Positions 53,681 through 64,000 of a stretch of 64,000 bases of DNA are shown one piece after another. Under the pieces are notes generated by a model, which was not told the DNA's origin, did no database searches, and saw nothing but the letters and a program-made list of their open reading frames with translations. Both the position numbers and the translations under genes were made by a program. Origin of the DNA: Octopus bimaculoides (taxonomy: Eukaryota); the NCBI RefSeq assembly GCF_001194135.2, contig NC_068992.1, positions 48,846,568 through 48,910,567 on the forward strand, in the 5' to 3' direction. How positions within the stretch are numbered: the stretch's first letter is position 1; each line of letters starts with the position of its first letter.

Positions 53681-54629
53681 TACGAGGTTGAGCTGAAAAG
53701 CTCATAGGCTGACAATGAAGGAGTGATACTAAAGCTGTGAAATCTTGCATGCCTTCATTTCAACTCTGTATTAATAACTGCATCGCTTCTTTCCAAGTAA
53801 ACTGACATCTTACTATTCAAAGAACACTTCAGAAGTAACAAGTAGCGACTTCTCTTGAAAATGGACAAAATTTGCCATCGTGTTGGTATCAAGTTCCTGA
53901 AGAAAAAGGATTTATTCCCGAAGGACATATATACATAGGCGCAGGAGTGGCTGTGTGGTAAGTAGCTTGCTTACCAACCACATGGTTCCGGGTTCAGTCC
54001 CACTGTGAGGCATCTTGGGCAAGTGTCTTCTACTATAGCCTCGGGCCGACCAAAGCCTTGTGAGTGGATTTGGTAGACGGAAACTGAAAGAAGCCCGTCG
54101 TATATATGTATATATACATATATATATGTGTGTGTGTGTGTTTGTGTGTGTCTGTGTTTGTCCCCCTAGCATTGCTTGACAACCGACGCTGGTGTGTTTT
54201 CGTTCCCGTCACTTAGCGGTTCGGCAAAAAAGACCGACAGAATAGGTACTAGGCTTACAAAGAATAAGTCCCGGGGTCCATTTGCTCGACTAAAGGCGGT
54301 GCTCTAGCATGGCCGCAGTCAAATGACTGAAACAAATAAAAGAGTAAAAGAGTAAAAGAGTATACTGACATCATTGCTACATTAGAGGATGACTCACAAG
54401 GCTTTGGTCGGCCCGAGGCTATAGCAGAAGACACTTGCCCAAGGTGCCATGGAGGACTTTTTTGACCAACAGGATAGAATCTTGTACACTAATGGGGTCC
54501 AAGCACTGCAACACCAATGGAAGAAGTGTGTGGACAACAAAGGAGACTATGTTGAAAAATAAACCTCGTTTAGTCACATTCCATGAGAGTATCTTGGTCA
54601 ACCTATTAACTTTTCCGCCGACCGGCGTA
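53681..54629 (+). mobile_element. Internally deleted mariner element with both TIRs and TA target duplication
   Basis: 5' TIR TACGAGGTTGAGCTGAAAAGCTCATAGGCTGACAA and 3' TIR TTGGTCAACCTATTAACTTTTCCGCCGACCGGCGTA. N-terminus MDKICHRVGIKFLKKKDLFPKDI..TDIIATLEDD; C-terminus EDFFDQQDRILYTNGVQALQHQWKKCVDNKGDYVEK*. Confidence 0.88.
53935..54360 (+). mobile_element. SINE family A (tRNA-derived, CORE-like), full length, inserted in the mariner ORF
   Basis: Head GGCGCAGGAGTGGCTGTGTGGTAAG..GGTTCCGGGTTCAGTCCC and CORE-like CTTGGGCAAGTGTCTTCT. Internal (TA)(TG) run, tail (GAGTAAAA)n and TATAC on both sides. Confidence 0.92.
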
Positions 54630-55652
54630 AAACAAAATATAATTAAACAGAAAATAAAACATGAAAAATAGCTTGGGTCCTTGTTTACACGCAAATAAGA
54701 CACCACTGGTTAACTCTGTTAGTACAGCCCAAGTCTCTTCCCGCTCGCCATTGTTCCAATTCCACTGCTGTCTCCTGCAACCGCTAACATGTTCTCTGTG
54801 GGTTAATCTACAAATACAACACACGCCTGCAGGTTATATTTCTGTAAGTATTTCATAATAAAAATCTATTGTCATCTTTTTCATATTTTGCCATTGGCAT
54901 GGATTATCATTATATTTCCATCTTATTTGTTCATTGATTCGGATACGCAGACATCGCTTGCGGCAACAATAACGTGTTCGTGTGTCAATGAGGTGTTGGC
55001 TACTGTTTCTCATCCCTTTGTGGAAACTTTTCCTCAGTATTTTTTCTCCGTTTTTGATACAAACACACACACACACACACGCATACACACACACNNNNNN
55101 NNNNNNNNNNNNNNNNNNNNNNNNNNNNNNNNNNNNNNNNNNNNNNNNNNNNNNNNNNNNNNNNNNNNNNNNNNNNNNNNNNNNNNNNNNNNNNNNNNNN
55201 NNNNNNNNNNNNNNNNNNNNNNNNNNNNNNNNNNNNNNNNNNNNNNNNNNNNNNNNNNNNNNNNNNNNNNNNNNNNNNNNNNNNNNNNNNNNNNNNNNNN
55301 NNNNNNNNNNNNNNNNNNNNNNNNNNNNNNNNNNNNNNNNNNNNNNNNNNNNNNNNNNNNNNNNNNNNNNNNNNNNNNNNNNNNNNNNNNNNNNNNNNNN
55401 NNNNNNNNNNNNNNNNNNNNNNNNNNNNNNNNNNNNNNNNNNNNNNNNNNNNNNNNNNNNNNNNNNNNNNNNNNNNNNNNNNNNNNNNNNNNNNNNNNNN
55501 NNNNNNNNNNNNNNNNNNNNNNNNNNNNNNNNNNNNNNNNNNNNNNNNNNNNNNNNNNNNNNNNNNNNNNNNNNNNNNNNNNNNNNNNNNNNNNNNNNNN
55601 NNNNNNNNNNNNNNNNNNNNNNNNNNNNNNNNNNNNNNNNNNNNNNNNNNNN

Positions 55653-55686
<34 letters not shown>

Positions 55687-55744
55687 TCAAAATAGTTTCA
55701 TTCTAATTCGTTGGTACACTTGAGTTTCACGCGTGATGCTAGTC

Positions 55745-55935
55745 GTCAGCCATTTTGAATTTGAATGATAGAAGTTGATTCTTATTACCGTAAGGTGGGC
55801 TGCGATTGGTCGAGGAAGGTCACGTGGTGTCATAGTTTGATGTTGATATATAGATAACAGTTAGTTGAAAAATACCGCATGATGAACAGGGAAATGACCA
55901 CGTGGAGGATAGGAAATAGACCACGTCGTGGTCAG
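55745..55935. promoter_or_regulatory. Promoter-like motif cluster (YY1-like, CCAAT, E-boxes)
   Basis: GCCATTTT 55749-56, ATTGG 55805-09, GTCACGTGG 55819-27, CACGTG 55899-904 and the palindrome GACCACG-T-CGTGGTC 55919-33, in unique CpG-retaining sequence. Confidence 0.4.
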
Positions 55936-56651
55936 GAAATCGGTCAGGTTGTTGGGGTGGGGGAGTAGGAAGGGACGGCATGTGTAAGCATATAGTTCTG
56001 TTTGTGGGCTTGTAGACGCTCTCATAAGGTTTTGCGTGCATGTGTGTATTGCATTGATGCGAGAGTGCGTAGCTGTATATGGGTGTGCATGCGCACGTCT
56101 GCACACGCACACACACACGCACACACACACACACATACACTTGGACGGACAAGCACACGCGCACACGTACACACATATGTGCGCGCACACGCACGCACAT
56201 ATACACGCGCACACGCACACGCATACACGCACAAACACACAAGAATACACACAGGTGCGTATTCATTCTTTTGTCCATATGTATATACGCATGCATATAC
56301 ACATGCCTATCAGTGTGTGCGTGCATACGCGCGCGCATGCGTGAGGATACACGCGCAAAATAAGCGTTTGGGATTGGTATGTACTGAGGGTTGGTAAAAA
56401 TTGGTGATTGACAATTGGCAGTCCTGCTCATGGGGTTGGGTGGTAGCAGTGACCTTAGTGCATGCGGTGCAGAGGAGCAGCTGGTGCTAAAATGGGACAT
56501 CCGGGTTGTCAGCAGTCAGAGGCTTGAGGTTTGTCAGAAGGGATAGCAATCCACAATGCTTACCAATTCCCAACGTTTACCAAGCCTCAACACTTGTTTT
56601 GCGCGTGTATACACACGCATGTGTGCACGTATGCACACGTGCATGTGCATG

Positions 56652-56763
56652 CTTTTCATCTTTTCTGGGGTCAATAAATTAAGTACCAGTGAAACACTAG
56701 GGTTGATGAAATCGACTCATCCCCTCCCCAAAATGGCTGTCCTTGTGGAAAAATTTGAAACCA
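56652..56763 (+). mobile_element. SINE family B, 3' half with (ATT)n tail
   Basis: CTTTTCATCTTTTCTGGGGTCAATAAATTAAGTACCAGTGAAACAC..AATTTGAAACCATAATTATT. Confidence 0.85.
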
Positions 56764-56765
56764 TA

Positions 56766-56801
<36 letters not shown>

Positions 56802-56804
<3 letters not shown>

Positions 56805-58182
56805 TAGTTTTATTTTTATAACGTGCTTTCACTTCACTACCGAGCGCAGCTCTGTGCGCCTTGGGTATGTGCTGTGGTTTGCTGTGGTGCTCTTATGTTT
56901 ACTGTATTGAAAGTGTTTTGCGTAGAATGTGTGCAGTACCCAGTAGTGCAATTTTCTGTATGTTATATATATTTGTAAGTCCTGGTGTTTTTGTTATGTA
57001 TTTGTCTGAATATTTTTTTATTATACCTAAGGCACCTACTATGATAGGAATTGTTTCTGTTTTTAGATTCCACANNNNNNNNNNNNNNNNNNNNNNNNNN
57101 NNNNNNNNNNNNNNNNNNNNNNNNNNNNNNNNNNNNNNNNNNNNNNNNNNNNNNNNNNNNNNNNNNNNNNNNNNNNNNNNNNNNNNNNNNNNNNNNNNNN
57201 NNNNNNNNNNNNNNNNNNNNNNNNNNNNNNNNNNNNNNNNNNNNNNNNNNNNNNNNNNNNNNNNNNNNNNNNNNNNNNNNNNNNNNNNNNNNNNNNNNNN
57301 NNNNNNNNNNNNNNNNNNNNNNNNNNNNNNNNNNNNNNNNNNNNNNNNNNNNNNNNNNNNNNNNNNNNNNNNNNNNNNNNNNNNNNNNNNNNNNNNNNNN
57401 NNNNNNNNNNNNNNNNNNNNNNNNNNNNNNNNNNNNNNNNNNNNNNNNNNNNNNNNNNNNNNNNNNNNNNNNNNNNNNNNNNNNNNNNNNNNNNNNNNNN
57501 NNNNNNNNNNNNNNNNNNNNNNNNNNNNNNNNNNNNNNNNNNNNNNNNNNNNNNNNNNNNNNNNNNNNNNNNNNNNNNNNNNNNNNNNNNNNNNNNNNNN
57601 NNNNNNNNNNNNNNNNNNNNNNNNNNNNNNNNNNNNNNNNNNNNNNNNNNNNNNNNNNNNNNNNNNNNNNNNNNNNNNNNNNNNNNNNNNNNNNNNNNNN
57701 NNNNNNNNNNNNNNNNNNNNNNNNNNNNNNNNNNNNNNNNNNNNNNNNNNNNNNNNNNNNNNNNNNNNNNNNNNNNNNNNNNNNNNNNNNNNNNNNNNNN
57801 NNNNNNNNNNNNNNNNNNNNNNNNNNNNNNNNNNNNNNNNNNNNNNNNNNNNNNNNNNNNNNNNNNNNNNNNNNNNNNNNNNNNNNNNNNNNNNNNNNNN
57901 NNNNNNNNNNNNNNNNNNNNNNNNNNNNNNNNNNNNNNNNNNNNNNNNNNNNNNNNNNNNNNNNNNNNNNNGTGTTTTGTGGCTATTTGTATTAGTTTCC
58001 CTTGCTTCTGGAGTAGGTATTTTTGCAGTCCTATGGTGGTTATTTTATAATAGTTTTCTAGCTGTATAAGACCCCTGCCACCTTCTGTGCGTTGTATATA
58101 TAGCCTTTCTATGTCAGATTTTGGGTGGTGCATCCTATATCCTGTCATTATTTTTCTTGTTTTTCTGTCTATTTTACATAGT

Positions 58183-58184
<2 letters not shown>
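56802..58184 (-). mobile_element. Young 5'-truncated R4/Dong-like retrotransposon embedded in (TAA)n (middle in gap)
   Basis: 5' part ELCKIDRKTRKIMTGYRMHHPKSDIERLYIQRTEGGRGLIQLE. 3' part WNLKTETIPIIVGALGIIKK..IQKIALLGTAHILRKTLSIQ* (stop 56899-901). About 95-nt 3' UTR; TAA runs at both ends. Confidence 0.92.
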
Positions 58185-58246
<62 letters not shown>

Positions 58247-58249
58247 CCC

Positions 58250-58394
58250 GCCGACAGTTCCAATTCCGCCAAGGTCGACTTTGCCTTTCATCTTTTCGGG
58301 GTAGTTACATTAAGTACCAGTGAAACACTGGGGTCGATATAATTTACTAGTCCCCTTCCCTAAGATTTCAGGCCTTGTGTCTTTAATAGAAAGG
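58250..58394 (+). mobile_element. SINE family B, 5'-truncated, ATT tail
   Basis: TTCCAATTCCGCCAAGGTCGACTTTGCCTTTCATC..CAGGCCTTGTGTCTTTAATAGAAAGGATTATT. Confidence 0.85.
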
Positions 58395-58422
58395 ATTATT
58401 ATTATTATCATCATCATCATCA

Positions 58423-58485
<63 letters not shown>

Positions 58486-59043
58486 CTATGCCACAACATA
58501 GCAATGGTGTTTTATCTGGTATAATTATGCTTCCTATCGAAACACCGTTTTTAATCTGAGAATAGGAAACAGCTTATACCTTCTATATAATTTTTTTCTG
58601 CTTTCATATCTGTTTTATCTTTGTATTGAGAACTTTCCAGATAATTTTGGGCTAAACCTAGTAAATATGTTTCTATACTGTGCCCATTCCTAGATTAAGA
58701 TCAAATTTTCCAAGGACTACTCTCAAAATTTTGTCGCTGTTTCCAAAGCCTCAATAATAGTTGTCAAGATCATGTTCTTGATAACTTTTCTGTTCCAGCA
58801 CTTGGGAATTTCATACTTCAGTACGGTACAATACGCCATTTTTTATTTTTCTTACTTTTTTTTCTGTTTTACATTAATATCAAAAGGTCATGCTATGTTG
58901 ATTACAATACATAGTTTCTTATTCTTCTCACGGACTACAATATGCAGCATGGAGTATTCTTTCAGTTTGTAAAGAAAAGTGCCATAACAAACTGACTTCA
59001 CCATTTTCGAGAAATTCCACTTTTATTATTCTTATTATTATTG

Positions 59044-59097
<54 letters not shown>

Positions 59098-59149
59098 GTT
59101 TGACTTCTGCTTTGTATTTGTATAAATTGACTCCAAGTCTCATCTATTA

Positions 59150-59217
<68 letters not shown>

Positions 59218-59221
59218 GTTA

Positions 59222-59400
59222 AAGGCAACGAGCTGACAGAATCGTTAGCACGCTAGACAAAATGCTTGGTGGTATTTCGCCCGTCGCTACGTTCTGATTT
59301 CAAATTCCGCCGAGGTCGACTTTAACTTTCACCTTTTCGGGGTCGATAAAATAAGTACCAGTTGCAGATGGGTCGATGTAATCGACTCATTCCTCCCTCA
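59222..59400 (+). mobile_element. SINE family B
   Basis: GGCAACGAGCTGACAGAATCGTTAGCAC..TTTCAAATTCCGCCGAGGTCGAC..GTCGATAAAATAAGTACCAGT. Confidence 0.88.
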
Positions 59401-59427
59401 GAATTCAACATTCTTATTATTATTGAA

Positions 59428-59665
59428 TGAGAGAGCAGTGCATGCCATCAAAGTGACACTGGGGTAAAATTATACGAAGCCCACTATACCCATCGTGACT
59501 GCTCAACTGGTTAAGATCAAACAACTGACAAGCAAATCTGTGGTAATGAGCAGAATATTTGCAGTAGCCTATCTTTTATACCAAGGCAAAATAATGTACA
59601 TGATAATACTTCCAACCAATTAAGATCAAAAGCAATGAGAGCCAGTGCCTGGTACTCCATCAGGG
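59428..59665. mobile_element. Family E repeat, copy 3 (both ends, internal deletion)
   Basis: Joins the end seen at 5910-5975 to the end seen in reverse at 2628-2790. (ATT)n on both sides. Confidence 0.78.
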
Positions 59666-59722
59666 AATTTATTATTATTATTATTATTATTGCTATTGTT
59701 GTTGCTGTTGTTGTTGTTGTTG

Positions 59723-59870
59723 TTATTCTGAAAGACTCTCGGATTGCGGTGAATGTTGAAGTGGCGCCCGCCGAAACTCACGCTGGACTGCTGTGATGGA
59801 CTCGTTATTATTCACGTAACTGTCGTAGGCAAACACGCGATGCTCTATTATCCACAGCGCCACAGTTTCA
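59723..59870 (-). mobile_element. Tc1/mariner transposase N-terminal remnant (DUF4817-type HTH)
   Basis: WIIEHRVFAYDSYVNNNESITAVQREFRR matches the W..EHR.FA...Y..N.ES...QR.FRR start of this group. Confidence 0.75.
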
Positions 59871-60774
59871 CCTGAAAAGAAAAAAACTGCTAAGACACCG
59901 CAGACCGAATGGTACCTGTCGGACACATGTCCCTCCCCCGGGGCTGAGTAGTAGCCATTTCAAAAGCGTCCGTCCTCTCCATCCCACCTTGTGTGTGTGT
60001 AAATACGGACATGGATACACACGCGCATACAGATATATACAACACATATACATATATACACTTATATACACTGGTGTTTTACTGGCCACTAGCTTTGTTG
60101 TTAATGATTTACTGAGTCGATTTGCCTGCCTCAATTGAGATTTGACATTGGTATATTTCACATTTACCAGCCCTAAACTTCATATTAATCACTTAATCAC
60201 AGCCACAGAAATGCAAAAAGCCAATTTGGTAAAGAAATTCCAACTGCAAATGCCAGAGCTTGCATCCAATTCTTATTCTATTAATTTATTGCGGTAGTAT
60301 TTCTTTCCAAACTAATTCTATTTAGATATTCTATATTTCTATCGTTTTCTTCTTTTTTATGTAAGAAATTCCATTGGCACCAGATCTAATCATTACACAA
60401 GCTGCAGTATGCATTAGAAGGTTTACAGCCGCCCTATTTACACGTTAGCTACATAATTCCTTTAACGTTGTTAGCTTACCTGATAAGAGCTTTGTAGTCT
60501 TATCTATCTTATTCTCTTCTAACATCACGTGAACTCCTTTCAACATAAAACCCTGATTGTCTCTGCTCTGTTTTCAGAGAATATGAATCCTTATTTATTT
60601 TGTTCTTCTACATAATTTTCTATATTACTCTAATCATTTGCTTCTATTTTCAATCGGCTTTATTCTTTGTTCTTACACTGCAGTGATAGGTTGATTAGGT
60701 TTTTGTTTTAACTTTCTATTTCTGCAATTAAGTTGTCTTAGTTGCCTGTCTCAGTAATGTTAAGTCGCATCACA

Positions 60775-61075
60775 ATCCGTGGTTTTACGCTTTGTTATGT
60801 CATGGTCTATGATTTTCATGTCACATGCTATTCCATGGCCTATGACACCGTTGTGATCTTTTGCCATAGCCTATGTCTTTGTAGTGATGTGTTGTACCAC
60901 GGTTTATGATTTTATTATGATTTGTTGGGTCATAGTCTCTGATTTTCTTAATCCATCATATCACAGTCTCTGTGTGATTTTCTTGCGATCTATTGTGTGA
61001 TAGTTTGTGATCATTTTGCGATTTGTTGTATCACTGTTTAGGATTTTGTTGTGGTATACTGTGATATTTTCAGTA
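60775..61075. repeat. Diverged ~31-34-bp minisatellite
   Basis: Recurring (G/A)(T/C)CA(T/C)(A/G)G(T/C)(C/T)TATGATTTT..TGTGAT.T.TT units, about 8 copies. Confidence 0.6.
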
Positions 61076-61489
61076 ACACTGTTGTCCTGAAACCTGTGTT
61101 TTTTTTTCTGTGTTCAGTATTATTCAATACTTTTACATTTTTTTTAGCATTTCTCAATATTTGATTAATGTTCTTTTTTTTATCATGTAAACCTTCTCAA
61201 AATTGATAACTTTATGCCCACCCTTTGTGAACAAATATCCCAACAGTTCTTTCATGCCATATTTGATTGCTTCGCTTGGGTTCGATCTAATAACGAAAAA
61301 CATACTTTTACAGACTCTCAATATTTAACACTTGTGAAACTGTTTCACACGTTTGTTTCTTTTGTGTTCTATTATTGTCTAAATTTAATGCAACGTATTC
61401 AGCGCTCTCCTATGGAAGAGGTACCTCACGACTCTACCACCACAATACTTGTAGGAATAGTGGGTGCAAAAATGGATGGATGGATAGAT

Positions 61490-61534
<45 letters not shown>

Positions 61535-62282
61535 CTGAGTGGTAGGCGGATAGATATGGATATAATAATGAAGAATGAACATGTATATATATATAGATAT
61601 ATATATATATATATATAAGCATGTATATCTATATATGTGTGCGTATACATATATATATATATATATATATATANNNNNNNNNNNNNNNNNNNNNNNNNNN
61701 NNNNNNNNNNNNNNNNNNNNNNNNNNNNNNNNNNNNNNNNNNNNNNNNNNNNNNNNNNNNNNNNATCCATGTATATATAATATAATATATATGTGGATAA
61801 TACACACATATATACATATAGATATGTATACATACATATATATATATATGTCGTTTCTTTTTATTCTTCATTATATTTATAATGTGTGCACGCGCGCGAG
61901 AATATGTGTGTTGTTCTTTAGGAATATTCAAGAATGTTCTTAACTATTCTTTATTTCTCTCAAAGAAATAGATGAAGAAGATACTATAATATCGATGATT
62001 GAACATGCTTTCTAAACATTCCAACATTAAATTATAATGAAATCCTCCCTTTGGCTGTTGTTACGAACGTCACTTTTTTTTATTCATAAAAAAGACGTTC
62101 GTTTATTTCTCGCTGATATAACTTCCTTAGAAGTGGGATCGGAGAAATATTTTACCTTCAATTAATATCACTACCATTGTTATGATTACTCACACATCAT
62201 TCTAACTACCCTCACATTGTTAGAACTGCCACTCAAACATTATTAATAATTATTATTATTATTATCATTATTATTATTATTA

Positions 62283-62325
<43 letters not shown>

Positions 62326-62488
62326 CATTATCATTAATATTATTATTCTCGTATTATTCCTACATTTTACCTCCAACATTTTTTTTTATATTCAGTTATA
62401 TTAATTCAAAACTGTATCTTCACAAACAAATCGCTACTTCAAGTTTTGAGTTTATCTATTGCTATAGATATTTGTTTAATAATTTTTG

Positions 62489-62553
<65 letters not shown>

Positions 62554-62649
62554 CGTACGTACATACATACATACATACATACATACATACATACATACAT
62601 ACATACATACATACATAAGAAAACTGAGCTAAGAGAGGTAACTCAGAGT

Positions 62650-63190
62650 GACCAGTGGCATGTATGTAAACAACAAATTCTTCATGTATTGAAACTATTT
62701 CGGCCCTTAGAGGATGTAAGAGGGTTACCAAATTGCAACCGAAAATAGCTCCATATGAGAAGGCAAGATATATGGCTTCCAAGAGCCGGAGATTAGATTT
62801 ATCATCGTACACAGGAAGTCGGCAGATACCAGGCTGGTTTCTATGGATACTTAAAGGACAAACTTTCAGAAAATGCTTATGTTAGTTTTGGGGGGTTTTT
62901 TGTCTTTTTTTTTTCCTGAGAGTAGTAGCTTATGCGTCCTCTGTGGCTCTGTGAAACCAGTAGACCGTCGTCTCTGTACGGTCCCATTCTATTATCGAAT
63001 AGGTGGTGCACTGCGCGTGCAGAAAATTCGTGAAGTTACGCGTAAGAACTGGGTTCCAGGTGGGAGTAAATGGTGGACGAGCTGTCTCGAAAAAGAATTT
63101 GCAGCACTCCAACGGAGGCTGCTCTCCATCTCTGACACCCTTAACTGCATATTGATATCAACTGATTTCTCCCACACTAATGGCTCTTTA
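62650..63190 (+). mobile_element. Possible degenerate hAT transposase remnant
   Basis: Broken frames DQWHVCKQQILHVLKLFRPL..VTKLQ..ENSSI and SKWWTSCLEKEFAALQRRLLSIS resemble hAT mid-region and dimerisation-domain motifs. Confidence 0.35.
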
Positions 63191-63591
63191 TAACGCTTCT
63201 GCTGCTTCCTTACGAATCTGACGCAAAGTTAGACGCAAAGGTAGAAATAATTGTATTTTTTATTCCATGCTGTACTCCATGCCATTCCGACAGCTGCGCA
63301 AATTTGAATACCCACACATATGTATATATACATACAAACACACGTATGTCTGCATGTATTTATGTATCCGTGAGTGTATATATTTGTGTGTGTGTACGTA
63401 TCTTTTGACAAAAAGTATATTTGCGTTTATGTATGTGGGTAGTGACAGAATATTTATATATCCTAGCGAATTTGCAACTTCAACTTCGTTTCTTCTCCCA
63501 CCTTCCAAGTTCTATTTACACACCTACCCCACTACACTGACTCTCTCCCCTCTATCTCTTCATCTCGCGCTCTCTTTCTCTCTATCTCTCC

Positions 63592-63635
<44 letters not shown>

Positions 63636-63727
63636 TACATACACACGCACTATCTTACATTCTGATCCCAAGAGAGTAATTATGACGAACGTATACAATT
63701 GTATATATACATCTACGCGCGGGGGTA

Positions 63728-63758
<31 letters not shown>

Positions 63759-64000
63759 ATATGTGTGTATGTATGTACGTGTGTGTGAGTGTGTGTGTGT
63801 GTATGTGTGCGTGTATATGTGTGTATGTGTGAGTGTGTGTGTGTGTGTGCACTTACATATACACCCCCGAAAATGTAAACAACATACAAATGCAAACGCA
63901 AATGTATATTTATGCATATATGCATACACATATATTATTCACATTTTGTTGGCGTTGTCCGCGCACACCTAGAAGTATAAATACATATATACATACATAC

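Overview
This is AT-rich, microsatellite-saturated eukaryotic DNA with many N gaps. The SINE and LINE content and short-read gap pattern point to a coleoid cephalopod, most likely Octopus (inference). I cannot support any intact host protein-coding gene, rRNA, tRNA gene or CRISPR array; most ORF-track entries are microsatellite or gap artefacts. The window is intronic or intergenic and densely filled with transposon relics. These include three R4/Dong-like RLE non-LTR retrotransposon copies sitting in or next to (TAA)n runs, and Tx1-, CR1-, Penelope-, Tc1/mariner-, piggyBac- and hAT-like remnants. There are also at least four tRNA-derived SINE families, one headless repeat family embedded in (ATT)n, several diverged minisatellites and an interstitial telomeric tract. 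The best finding is a type I hammerhead ribozyme fold at 12414-12536 (+), with the CUGAUGA core, stems I-III and a long extended stem I but one core substitution. It lies inside a ~334-bp unit bounded by 67-bp direct repeats, i.e. a candidate non-LTR retrozyme or Penelope-type repeat. Other notable signals are three perfect CRE palindromes within ~510 bp (8242-8750), a perfect 24-bp hairpin (35880-35941), a piggyBac/mariner/SINE nest (53443-54630) and a promoter-like motif cluster (55745-55935). All family calls come from by-eye motif recognition, not database searches.
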